Origin: Mesotaenium endlicherianum
Lineage: Eukaryota
Length of the DNA: 64,000 nucleotides
Assembly (NCBI GenBank): GCA_009602735.1
Contig: WELA01000984.1
Coordinates: forward strand, 87,589 to 151,588
Direction of reading: 5' to 3'
Below are positions 46,431-58,741 of this stretch, piece by piece. The notes beneath the pieces are model-generated. The model was not told where the DNA came from. It did not search any database and worked only from the letters and a program-made list of their open reading frames with translations. The translations under genes and the position numbers were made by a program. Each line of letters starts with the position of its first letter. Position 1 is the stretch's first letter.

Positions 46431-48454
46431 CACGGTCCATCCCCATTGTTGCTCCACGATTTTCAGATAGGCAATTGTAACTGCAGCGGCCTCACCTAAT
46501 GGTGGTGCAAATATTCAAGATCTGGCTGCGGAGTGCTGCTGTTGTAGCTCTACAAGTCGGTCGCAAATTGCATTTGCCTCTGTCATGTGTTGAATTTTTA
46601 CTTCTCATATTGCTAAGCTCCCTCTCCACCACTTCTGGTACCACTCTGAGACCGATTTGGACCGAAACGGCAAAAAATACCCCGAGTGTTGATCTCCGGC
46701 CATCTTTGTTTGGATTATTTTAATGCTAAGCCAGGCAAAGTGGAGAAAATGTCCGCTCCACGGCAGGCAAAGATGCTATTTTTTGGTATTTCTACGCTAA
46801 ATGCTAAAGAAATTGCATGGGAACGATCTCCGCCTGATCTCCACATTTGACGCGTAGACATTTGCATCGCCTCAAAGATTCTCACCACCATGCAATTCCG
46901 GACTAAGTATGGGCACCGTCTTCTGATTGGTCGTTGTTTAGTTCGAGTGTAGCAATATCGTTATCATGGAAGAGTTGGTCACAAAAGTCCAAAAACAAAA
47001 TTAGGAACACAAACTCAACTTTAGTTCATTTTCAAAAGCCACTGGGTGGCGGGGTGGCCTGACGGGGTGGCCTGGCAGGCCCGCTCCCCGTTTCCCGGTT
47101 GCTTTGTACTTCAGGTTGGTGCTGCCTTCCCCTCTTTTTCAGAGGTTGATAACTGCACCAATGATATGTGGATATTCATCTCAACAGCCTTGCGCGGCAC
47201 TCCATCTTTGCCTTTTTTCTTCAAAATGTCTTGGAGGATCTTGGGTGGAGGGTTACACTTCCTTTCAAAACACCACCCTTTTGAGCTTCACATCTATACT
47301 TCAGATGTCGCTCCGGCTGTCGTCTAGCTGTAGACATCATTTTACTCACGGGCCACTTTCTTTCGTTTCTTCTGAAAAGCTCTTGGCCTTTCTTGCATTG
47401 GCTTCTTCTTGGCAGTGCATACTGTCAGCTCTAGCTGTTGTTGTAGCTTGTCTTTAGTCACGGACTCCAAATTAGTGTTGCCATCCGTGGGTGGTCCCAA
47501 GTCTCCAAGTAGATCGTCAGGTTGTTACACTCCTCCCACCTACAAGTGTGCACGTCTCGGGCACTTTTGCCGCGGCGGCGCCAGGGACGTAGTTTTGAGA
47601 TAGTGTCCTTTCTTCGTACGATCCAAAGATCACCATACAGTCGTACCATCGACCAATCTCGCATCCATCGGGACTTGAACCCTGATCTCTTGGACACGAT
47701 TGCGTATGTTTGCGCTCCAATACCAATGTAACGATACGAAGGAAAAGGTAACTTGAGGTACTTTGATCGCGCGCCAATTGTACTTAAACACATTCACCGA
47801 CACTTCCGGTCGCATTTCGCAACGTGTCGCACACGTCGCATCCGGCCACGTGGCGGACCGTTACAAAAGCAACAGAGCATCCTCAGACAAATGCTGAACC
47901 AAGCTAATGAATGCAACAGGCTATGTGTATGAAGCATTCTTTCGGATCCTCTTAAGGAGATCCGCCCAATAGATCTCATCAAATTCTTTGAAAGTGAGAT
48001 TATTAGGTTTAGTTTGTCCGCTAAAATATCTACGTGACGATTTGGCTTTAGGAGTTTCATCCCTCTCATCACAAGCCATCTCAGCCGATGACCAACGACC
48101 ACTGATTCTTACCCACGCGTCTCACGTTATGCCCAAGTCAGGGGCAAAGAATTGCTCGCTATACGGATTCCCACCATTTGCGGAGATCTGTTGAGGCTCG
48201 TCTTTTGACGTTTCCTCTCTCCTTGGGTCGTCAGGTAACTTTGAGGTCTCACTTCTTTATGGACTCTCGCTTGAATCAGAATCTTCCGCAAGCTCCACAA
48301 GATGGTACACTCGACCACTCCTTGATTGCACATACAATTGGATTTCACCAGCTCCCCTTCCAGGTGGAGTTCCTGCAGTCCTCCAGGCCTCGATTCCCAA
48401 TTTGCTTTGAAATTCATGTATCTGAAACCACTTCAACCGAAGTTCTCAAAAGTA

Positions 48455-51400
48455 GGATAGAAGCGTCTTACTTTCACATAAGCTTTCACCCAAGTTGAAT
48501 GGCATGCAGGTATACAAATTCTAGTTTGCAAAAATCACGTCTAAGCAAATTAGCAAGCAACACCAGGTTTCATAGAAAAATTGCCCACCAGGGCTGTTGC
48601 TTAACTTCACAAAGTTCCAAGCTTCCAGCTTACAAAACTCTGAACCTACAGAATCTATACCAACCCGGCTTGAGCATTTTGCTCGTAACCGCGCCTAACA
48701 GTTCTTCACTGCTGGCTGGCTCATTCAATTCTTCACTGAGGGTTTTCTTGCTAACTTCCTCTTGCTTTTCAACAATTTGACTAGTGAGACTTATGAGAAC
48801 TTAAAATTAACATGGGACTCACGAGTCACCATTTTATGTGCTCTTCGCACGCTTGTGGTGTTTGGTCCAAAATTGCGCTAGAATCTCTCTAGCAGATTCT
48901 GTTTGCAAGTTCTCTAACAGGATTTTCTTCTTGGAAACTCCTAGCTTTTAACTTTTTATGGTACAAAGCGTGAGAATGGGGGCAAAGATCTTCAGCGTCG
49001 GCAGAAGTATGTCGCCTTGAATCCTTGGGCCTTGGGAGCTGCTTCCTCCTTCTCCTTTGCGCCTTTTCTTTCTTCTTCTCTCTCTCTCCTTCACCTTCTT
49101 GCTTCTCTGGCAGAAATGTGCGAGGAACGAATGAGAACAAAGTGTGCAAGGCTCGTGCCTATCACAGGCACCACGCATGTGCTCTCTCTCGAAAGCGTCG
49201 TGACTTAGTCACCTATTAACATGCATGCATAGCTCACAGCGATTATTCTCGAGACTTAACTTTTGTTGTGTCACTCAGCTTGCATGCAAGCCACGTGACG
49301 GTCGCGTGTGCTGGCTTAACCTTTCAGTCAGCGTGCACGCCTATGTGGCCATTGAGCCTATGTTTCCTGATGTGGCAACTCTGTTGTGGCAACCCTGTCA
49401 AGGGACCATGGTTGAGCTGGCCTGCACTCTTAGCGCCACCTGACTTGGAAATCGCAAAGATGGCTTTTTGTCAGCTCTGCCTGACTTGGCAGATACTTGC
49501 GAGGACCATTCGCAGAGTCTAGTGGGGTCAGCCTTGCAATTGACCTCGCTTTGTCAAAACCTTACCCATTGCTGTGTGACGGTTTGACTTGTCGCTGTCA
49601 CTCTCACGTGGGACTTGACTTGTAATTTCAAGGCTGACTTTCACACATCAGCAATTTGGTCGTTGAGTCAATGCTGACTTTTTGAACCTGAGGTAACCGT
49701 GACTCGCGCCACGCGTGCTGCGCCATCCGATAGATGCGACAGGGTGCATGTATGCTCGTTGTCGTGCCTAACAGCGTCGGACCCCTGGCACGTGCGTAGC
49801 TTCTCAGCACGTGTGCCTTTAACCCGGTCGACGTGTCGGCGGTCCCTTTCACATGCGGGAATTCCCTGGTCGTTTGGTCGGTGCGTTGTTGCTCGTGGGA
49901 AAATCGACCGAGTTGATGGTCCCCTGCACGTGTGTCGGTGGCAAACTGGCTGGGGGTGGATCCATTCCTGGTCTTCCTGCACTTGCATCATGCGGTGAAG
50001 CATCCCACACTCAGTGCTTCCCATGCTCAACCAGTTCCTCATTCCACCCTACCAACACTTAGTGAAAATTTTCAAAAAGTTATTTCATCCTCAGCTTCCT
50101 TTACAAGGACAGAAGCGTCTTACTTCCACACAGGCTTTCACCCAAGTTGAGGGTTTACAAACTGAACAGGTTTTGTGGTTTGCAGAAATCACGTCTAAGC
50201 AGCTTAACAGGCAATGCCAGATTTAGAGAAATTCGCCCTTCAAGGCTTTCGCTTAACTTCCACAAGTCACAGCTTACAAAACTCTGAAATTGCACATCTA
50301 TGCTGGCCTGGTCTGAGCTCTTCACTCAACACCGCACCTTGACAGCTCTTCACTGCTCGGCTGGGCCCACTCAGTTCTTCACTGAGAGCTTTACTTGTTA
50401 AGACTACTCTTGCTATCAGCAATTCGACAATTGAGACTTCTGAGAACTTGGAAACTAACACAGCACTCACCATTTTAAGTGACCCTCGCACGCTTGTGGC
50501 GTTTGACCCAAATCTGTGCTAATCTCCTAACAGATTCTATTTTGCAGCTCTCTACTTTCTACCAGCGAGATCCTCTCTTGGGAACTCTTGAGGCTTGACC
50601 TTTCTATGATACACTTAGGAAGAAATCTTCCAGCGTCGACAGAAGCGTGGCGTCTCGGCTCTTCTATGGCCTTGGGAACTCCTTCTTCTTTGTGCTCCTT
50701 CTGCTCCTTCAGCTTCCTTTGACAACGATGCGAGCAAGAATGAGGCTGCTTCAGGCAGGACTCGTGCCTTTCATAGACACCACACATTATCCTCTCTCGA
50801 GAATGCCAGTGCTTTGTCACAGTGCTTAGCTTGCATGCGGTCCTTACCTAGCAGCTCTCACACAGCTTAGGAGTTGTCATTCAGCATGCATGCATGCCTT
50901 GGGATTGTCGCGCGTGACTGCTTAGCCTTTCAGCTGACAATCCTACCTATGTGGTTGGCGAGCAGCGTTTAAGATGAACGCTCAAGCCGTGACTAGTCAC
51001 CTGAGGGTCTTGGCCGAGGTGGCACACAACGCCTCTGCAACATCTCTGCTGTACTTGGCTTTAGATAGCCAATTGATCAGTATCTTTCCGGGCACTTGCT
51101 GGGATGGCTCATTGCTGGTTCCATACCCCTAGCCTTTCGGCTGACTAGTCCGTCCAAATCCCCATCCATCCCTGGGTGTGGGTTTGACGTGTCGTGACCA
51201 CTTTGACAGTGATAACGACTTTAACATGACCGCTGACTAAGATAAATCGGTTCTTTGGTCGGTGAGTCAACACTGGCTTCTCGTACCTGGGCGGTCGTGG
51301 CTTGTGCTGTGCGTGCGGCACCATCAAGTGGATAGCAGTCGCGACAGCTGTCGTGCCTAACAGCGTTGGACCCCTGGCACGTGCGTAGCTTCTCAGCAAG

Positions 51401-51694
51401 TGTGCCTTCAACCCGGTTGACGTGTCGGCGGTCCCTTTCACGTGCGGGAATTCTCTAGTCGTTTGGTTGGTGCGTTGCTGCACGTGGGAAAATCGACCGA
51501 GTTGATGGTCCCCTGCACGTGTGTCGGTGGCGGACTGGCTGGGGGTTGACCCATTCCTGGTCTTCCTGCACTTGCATTATGCGGTGAAGCATCCCATACT
51601 CAATGCTTCCCGTGCTCAACCAGTTCCTCATTCCACCCTACCAACACTTAGTAGAAATTTTCAAAAAGTTATCTCATCCTGAGCTTCCCTTACA
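48455..51694 (-). repeat. 3' LTR-like region of element B: two diverged tandem ~1.6-kb units (50106-51694, 48455-50105)
   Basis: Each unit starts TGTAA (minus) and ends near AGGA(C/T)AGAAGCGTC (plus); purine tract GAAAGGGAGGGG at 51695-51706. Confidence 0.8.
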
Positions 51695-51740
51695 CCCCTC
51701 CCTTTCAGCTGAGGCGTCCCTGCCTTTCCGTTGAAAGCCT

Positions 51741-53060
51741 CTATCTTTTGGCCTTGTGGCTGGGGTTCTTAGAAAGGCAATCAGGACATTCCCATCGTCC
51801 TGCCGCAATCTCCTCTTCACCAATGCAGAAGGTGTGCCAATGGGCACTACACTTATCAGAAGTTACCATTGCTTCTTGATCATCCCGCACTTTGCAGCTA
51901 GCACAAGGTGTGGCTGGCACCAATTTCTCGGGCACAGTCTTAATCGTAGGATCGATATTAGGCAAGTGGCACAGCTAGCAGTTCTGCACGTGATCTCTCA
52001 TGGTCTTACCATCAGAACCTTCCAGTTCCAACACACCATTGTCAAACGCATGTTTCACGCGTAAGATCACTGCACCTGAAGTGGTGTCAATGGTGGTCTT
52101 GGTCCGGCGCTTGCGGTAGACAAAGTTTCCTTCCTAGATATGCGTCATTTGCAGGCGGTAGCTTTCGCCTCGCGTCCCCGCGTAACGCTGCGTTGCTCAT
52201 TTTTGTGCAATTTTCAGATTGTCCAGGGCAGCAGGCATCATGTGCTCAAATAACACCTTGCGGCGTACCATGACCTTTAGCAGTTCATCAGGGTTGTCCA
52301 GGTTTTTCACTTGCTCAATCTCCTGCTTGATGCTGCTGGGCACAACTGGACTTCTGCCAAACAGCATTTGATAAGGCAAGTAATTCGCCAAAGCAGCTTG
52401 CTTGCTAAATCTGTAACCCATAACCAGCCATGGCAGGACCAGATCCCAATCACGCTTATCATGCTCAAGGCAAAATTTGCGCAAAGCAGACTTAATGGTT
52501 TGCACCATCCAATCTGCTAAGACATCTGCTTGTGGGTGATCTCTCAACGTAGTGCGATGGTCAATGAAGCATCTATCCAAGAATTTCTGAAAAGATCCTT
52601 GGAACTCAGACCCTTGGTTTGTCAGCAGGTCTGCTAGAGCTCCATGACGTACAATCACACCGTTGAGGAGCGATTCCGCGGTCCCCAAGCTTTCCTTAGC
52701 AGTTAGAGGTACAACCTCTATCCACTTAGAGAAATGCTCAATCATGACCATAATGTACTTGTTACCTCGCCTGGACTGCGGTAGCTCACCTGCGAGATCG
52801 CAGCTTAAATCGGTAGCCTAGGCCCATGATTGGCAAAGGTTGCAGGTGTGGGTGTTGCTGCGTATAACCAGCCTTGACGCGATCGCAGCTTTTGCAGGCC
52901 TTGATCACATCCTCACACTGCTGCTTCATGCCCCTCCACCAGTAAGACAGCTCCACAAGACTATATGTCTTCTTGACACCATACTGTCCGGTATTCTCAT
53001 GCATTTCTTGCACCCGAGCTCGCCTTTTGGTGGGTCTGGCACCAACTTCTCCTGACCAAT
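51741..53060 (-). pseudogene. Element B integrase plus PHD finger
   Basis: H..GQYG..CKSC; IEHFSKWIEVVPL; LLTNQG; PHD CASC..SDKC..HWHTFC..WECPDC at ~51775-51905. Confidence 0.88.
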
Positions 53061-53299
53061 TTGTTCAATCTTGAAGAGGTTATTGCGTTTCCAGCAAAAC
53101 CTTCTAGCTCGATGGCTCACCTGGTCCTTTTCTTTCATCGATAATCCTTCCATGTGGACTCCCGTCTTCAGCCAATGCATAGTGGCTTGATGTTTCCAGA
53201 TCTCTGGAGTGAACAGGGGTAGAGGCTCAGCTTCTCCTGACGCTACCATTCTAGCCATTTCGGCCAGGCAGGCTGCCAATTCTGCTGGACTGCTTGGAT

Positions 53300-54721
53300 C
53301 TTCATCTTCTTGAGCTCCCGTTTTGTTGTCTGCGGATGGGTCCGGGTTCTTGCTGAGTCCATCGGCGTTCTTGAGTATACCTGCTCGATGTATCACTGTC
53401 ATCTGGTGCTCCTGGAGCTTAAGAGCCCAGCAAGCCAATTTACCAGTGAGGTCTCTATTCTTCATCAGCCAGAGCAACGGCGAGTGATCTGTGATCAGCG
53501 TGAAGGGTCTTCCTCATAGATACTCTCTGAAATGTGCGACAGTTCAAACCACTGCCAGCAGCTCTCCTTCGTAGGACGAGTAGTTGCTCTCCGCTCGGTT
53601 GTTAGAGCGCGAGGCATAGGCAATGACGTACTCCTCTCTAAGACTTGCGGCCTGAGTGAGTACTGCACCGATTTTCACACGACTCCAGTCAGTGTGTAGA
53701 CTGAACAGCTTGGAGTAGTTGGGCGTTCGCAAAACTGGGGCCGTTACCAGCCGCTTCTTGAGCTCGTTCATGGCCTTCTCCTGGGCTTCCGTCCATACAG
53801 AAGGTACGTTCTTTTTCAGGAGTTCTGTCAAGGGTTTAGCAATTTTGCTATAGTCCTTCACAAATTTACGATAGTATCCGCTTAGCCCTAACAAGGCTTT
53901 CAGCTTAGACACATTCGCCGGTGTAGGTATCTTGTAAATGGCTTCAGTCTTTACAGCCTGAGGGGACATAGCATTGTTTCCAATCTCATGTCATGTGCCT
54001 CAAAGAATCTGCACTTTCCAGGGTGCAGCGTCATCTGGAATTTCTCCAGGCGCTGGAACACTTGTTCCAAGTACTTGAGGTGTTCCTCTATAGACTTGCT
54101 GAACACCACTATGTCATCAATGTATGGTTTTGCAAAATCCAGCCCCTCCAGCACTTTGTCCATAGTCCTCTAAAAGATGGCTGGGGCATTTTTCAGCCCA
54201 AACGGCATTATCGTCCATTGCCAAAGTTCCCTTTGAGCCCAGAAACCGGTCTTACCTCGATCTTTTGTTTTCACAGGGATTTAGTTGAAGCCTTGGCGTA
54301 GATCAATGATGCTGAACACCTTCCCGGTGGTAGCAATTGCAAAGATCCGTTTTGGTGTAGGCATCACATAGCTGTCTGGCTCCGTGTGAAGATTCAGTCG
54401 TCTGTAGTCTCCACACATACGAGTGGCTGTATAATTGCCAGCCTCGTCCTTCTTGGCAACTACTACTGTGGGAGCTCCATGTACTGAGGTTGATTTCTCA
54501 ATCATGCCAAGCTTGTGCAGCTCCTGGCAAGTTTTATCCACACAGTCCCATTCGGTCTGACTGAGCTTATGCGGCCCAAGTCTGACTGGGTTATCAGTAG
54601 TTAGTGTGATCTCACACACACTGGCAGTGGTTCTACCAATCTCCTCCTTGGTAAAAGCAAACGCCTTGCGGTGCTTTTTCAGCAGCCTTTCTACTTGTGC
54701 TCTCTGTTGGGCTGAGACCAT
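53300..54721 (-). pseudogene. Element B reverse transcriptase and RNase H
   Basis: RMCGDYRRLN; IDLRQGFN; PYIDDIVVFS; LGLSGYYRKF; LHTDWS; YSSYEGELLAVV. Confidence 0.92.
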
Positions 54722-56989
54722 TTTTCCAATGGTGCAAACCTCAGTTTCCAGCTGCTTTTCCCCAACACAGGCATCCAGTAGTTGCTACTTTTTGGGTTCA
54801 GGTGGGGTCTTTTTGTCCTCATCCTGGCCTTCGAGCTTTTTTGCCTGATTGTTAGGAGGTGGAGTGGCAGGCTTCGTAGCTTGCTCCTCCGCTGATTTTA
54901 GGCTCGACGGCCTGCTTCCTAGGCTTTTTACCTTTTTCGATGGATCGTCGCCTCTCGTGTTGAGTGGGGTATGTCAGACGCCTCCGGATGGGCTGCCTCA
55001 AGAACCTTTCTTCATCTGCTGCAGTCCAGCTGGTCCCTGTTCCTCCCTCTTCATGTGGCGGGGGCGGGTTTGGCAAAGGCCACCCTGCTGGATCTGCTAT
55101 AAGGTCAATTGTCCAACCCCACTTGTGCTCAATAGTAGTAATGCGCGCAACGGTCGTGCCAAATTCCTCCCTGGCTGGTGGCGTAATCGTCCATGCTTGT
55201 GTCAAAGACTGGGGTCTTTGAGCCGCAGCTAGTTGTGCGTATATAGCATTTTCTGCTGTCAAGCGGCTTATGGTGCTTCTCAGCTCTACCAATTCCCTTT
55301 CAGAAACTGCAGATGTCCTAGGAGCTGAACTGTCCTTCTCCCACGTTCTAGTGGATGAAGGACGCACCATGGGAATGTGAATTCCCAGTGCCATGGCTTT
55401 GCGAATCAAGTCATCCTCTCCTTCTCTCTGCAAAATCTCCAGGATAGGTTGTGGAGGCGGAGCCATGGTTCCTTTCGGAACCCCTTCTCTCTGAGCTGTT
55501 CCCCTATACTTGAGATAACGCATCAGCATCCGCCTGAAAGGTGCATTCCCTCCCGGGCCACCTTTCTTGGTCTGCTTGCGCGACCGCGAGGATTACCTTG
55601 TGTTGGTTCCACCTTAGCGATACAGGCAGCCACTTCCTGCGGCTGTTGTAGCTGATGGGGGGTAGCTTTTGGTGCTGGAAAACTGGCGGTTGGGGTGCTG
55701 GATGTAGGCGACCTCAGATCATTGTATAGATCTGATGGGCTGGGCCCCTCCATTATCAAGCGGTCGGCCACCCAGTCATCCGTCCTGAGCTCTTGTCGCT
55801 CCAACAGATCCAGCTCTGGGGTAGGAAAACGTGGAATTTCTTCTTGAATCTCCTCTTCATTGGTGACTGATAGGAGGTCGAACCCTGGAAGGTCTGGCAT
55901 TTCTGCCTAATCTTCAACTGACTTCTCCACTCCAGGTGGTGGTGGCTCTTCATCATTATCTGTGTTGAGCTTCGCCAAGTTGACAATGGCTGATTGCAAC
56001 GTGCTTGCTGCCTTAGCCACTTCCTTTTTCTTGTGCTGTCGAGCGTCTGCTTCCAGCAGCTGCTCCATGATCTGCCTTGTAATGGATTCAGCTGTCTGAC
56101 GGGCTGAACCCTGCTGTTGCCCCTTAGCCTGCGGCTCTGGGCTCATCAAGGCAGGTGTTGTAGACAATTTCTTGTCCAACTCCTCCTGGCGTTCTTCGAA
56201 TATCACTTCAAGGCATATGGTCTTGGCAGACCCTCCAGAATCTCCTGAATTTTGGCTACTCTCTTCAGCCCATTCACCAATATTGCACTGGCGTTCTCGC
56301 CCTAATACTTGATTTAGATAATATCCAATTTCTTCAGGCGTTGGCTTAGGGGCCTTCTTCTCAGACTCTTCTGACATGTCTTGTAACGGCGCTTGCTCTG
56401 GTGAAGACGATAGATACTTTTGGTTAGCTTCCCAGCTACTTGAGCTTTCCTGCCAGTAGTCTCCGTGCCCAGCTGCTCTTGGGCTGAGGTGGGTATCATA
56501 CCGTGATCTGGTATCTTCTGGAGTCTCCTCACGCCTTGATGTTGTGGCTTCGGAAGGTGGGCTCCCAAATATCTAGCTGTGAGTGGCGTTTCTCATAGGT
56601 GATGGGGTGTCCTGCGTATCGTCTTTTGTGCTTGGCAGCGGCGTTGCCTGCTCAGGCGCCTGGTCCCCCATGGGTGTATCCTCTCTTTCCAGAGATGCTT
56701 GTAATTCATCGGTCCGGTTATCGATCCGATCCAACAGATCCTGGCATCTCATCAATTCAGCCACCCTAGCTACCCTGAATGCTCTGTCTCTGGCAGCTTC
56801 CGCTGCGTCTCTTTGCAAATCGTATTCTTCTTGTTGCTGATGTGCCGTCCTGATAGCCCTTTGATTAGATGTTGGCACCACATGGACCCCAATTGTTACT
56901 GGTCTTGGCCTCGGCATAGGCTTGTCAGTGAAGGTCAACTGCTGCCACGTCATGATTGTTTCCACTAACCAAGTCATAAAGTGCTGCCC

Positions 56990-57910
56990 AGACATGTTGC
57001 TGAAAATCTTTGACCCTACAGCACCGGCTATATGCCGAGCTATGGTGTCAAGTATTCCAAGGTATTTGCCCTTCTCCACCGCAGTAGGCTCTTTCTAAAC
57101 GGCGTCTCTTTCATGTATGTCTTTGACCATTCTTGGTCCACCTTCTATGAAGGCTCGAGATCTTGGATATGCTATGAAGGTTGGCAGTACCAACCTTGGC
57201 TGACCTAGTTCGTTGATGACACACTGTGGATAGGAATCCCTCCTAGTCACTAGTCTGGTATGCACCACCAGCGCCTCTTCCACTGTCAATGCCGTTGGTG
57301 ATCGCCGTGTAATTTCCTCCATCTCTCTCAGGACCTCAATAGACATGCCGTTGGTCCAAAATATTCTGGCCCTATGGGATAAGCCTCCGTGCTTGGCGTC
57401 GTTGATTAGCACATGATGGCCCAAAGTGGAGTCAAAAATCAGCCATGGTTCTCCCGGCTTCATCTGCTTGTAATCCATTCCTGGATGCACATTCTCAATC
57501 ACAAACACTGGTGGGTAGTAGTGCTGTCGTTCCCGCAGCATGCTGATGGTTTTTACCATCCATCCCCAGTATTGTGCTCGTAGATCACTGAATCCCCTCC
57601 TGTTTCCAGCTTGAGAAACCGGTTGACAAGGAAATCCAGCAAAGATCCAGTCAATCCTGTAGCCATACAGGCCTTCAGGCTTCACATCAATAATGTTGCC
57701 TCCGGCGATGCGCTCGACATTGCTATATGCGGGCACCAACCCTTTAAAATGATGCATTTGTCGCATCTGACTCATGACTTCTCTGAATGCTAGAAAAGCG
57801 TGGGCATCATTGTCCACATACAGGACTCTGGCCACCTGTATTCCTTGCTGGATCAATGCTATGGTCCCAGACCCAAGTTCGGCAAATAATTCCAATACCA
57901 CTACTCCCCT
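56990..57910 (-). pseudogene. Element B C5 cytosine DNA methyltransferase domain
   Basis: Motif I VLELFAELGSG; YVDND; GNIIDV; motif IV AGFPCQPVS; motif VI VIENV; motif VIII HRARIFW; motif IX-like EPTAVEKGKYLG follows a single in-frame TAG at 57095. Confidence 0.9.
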
Positions 57911-58199
57911 TTTGCGAAAAGGATCTTCCATCCTGACAATGCCTTGCGGCAGCGGCTCAACTCCAGGCATCAGATTTGCAATGGAGGTAACTGGGTAGGG
58001 TACTGGCAGCAACTCTTGCGGGCCGCGGTCCCTATTACTCAGAGTTTCCAGCTGCTTCATGATCCGAGGTTGCCATACCAAGGGTGTTGGCATGTTGATG
58101 CTCGTATAGCCTTCCTCTTCTTGCTTCATGATGTTGTCGCAGGCTTCTGGGTACCTGTCATTAACACAGCAGTCTAGCAGTCCGTAGTTTGCTTCTCCT

Positions 58200-58741
58200 G
58201 TGCAAACCATCTTCACATGAATTTCTCCTTCCGGCTGCCGATCTGTTGACCGGTAAGTCATCCTCTGATTCCGCAGATCAATGACCAAACCCAAGGGAAT
58301 CAGTGCTTCTGTTCCAAAGAGAACATCATAGTTCTCTGCCTCCGTCACTGTGCACTCCATAAGTAGTGATGCCTCTTCAGGTTCCCCTGGATTTACTGTG
58401 TCTTTCACAGGCTTGCGGGTAATCCCACAAGACTTTGAGACTTGTCCTGAGGCAATTCTCAATTGGAAAGGACTCTCTTTTAGGTCCCTTGCCGTCAATC
58501 CTAGAGCTTTCACAGCTCGCTTTCCCAGGATGACTGGCTGTGCGCCTGTATTCAACAGAATGTTGGGAGCTGCCCAGTTGTTGAAGATTAATGCACCCTC
58601 CCTATTCTGCACTCTCACGGTGCTGAAATTGGTGAGCAATGAGGCGCTATTTGCACCTTCCTCAGCTATATCCAGCTGCTGTCTGGCTTCTTCAACCGTG
58701 AATGGGTAAGTGATATGCAAATCAGCGAGGTAAAGGAGCAT
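58200..58741 (-). pseudogene. Element B aspartic protease-like domain
   Basis: ILLNTGAQPVILG (catalytic D appears as N), YDVLFG; same ORF as the DNMT (57095-58741). Confidence 0.75.

Noticed and set aside
48419..48432. PBS-like TGGTTTCAGA on minus
   Set aside because: Mismatched to the tRNA-Met PBS and not adjacent to a CA LTR end.
57095..58741. Host DNMT gene or bacterial restriction-modification contaminant
   Set aside because: Intronless, fused in frame to a retro-protease and flanked by gag and RT; no restriction enzyme nearby.
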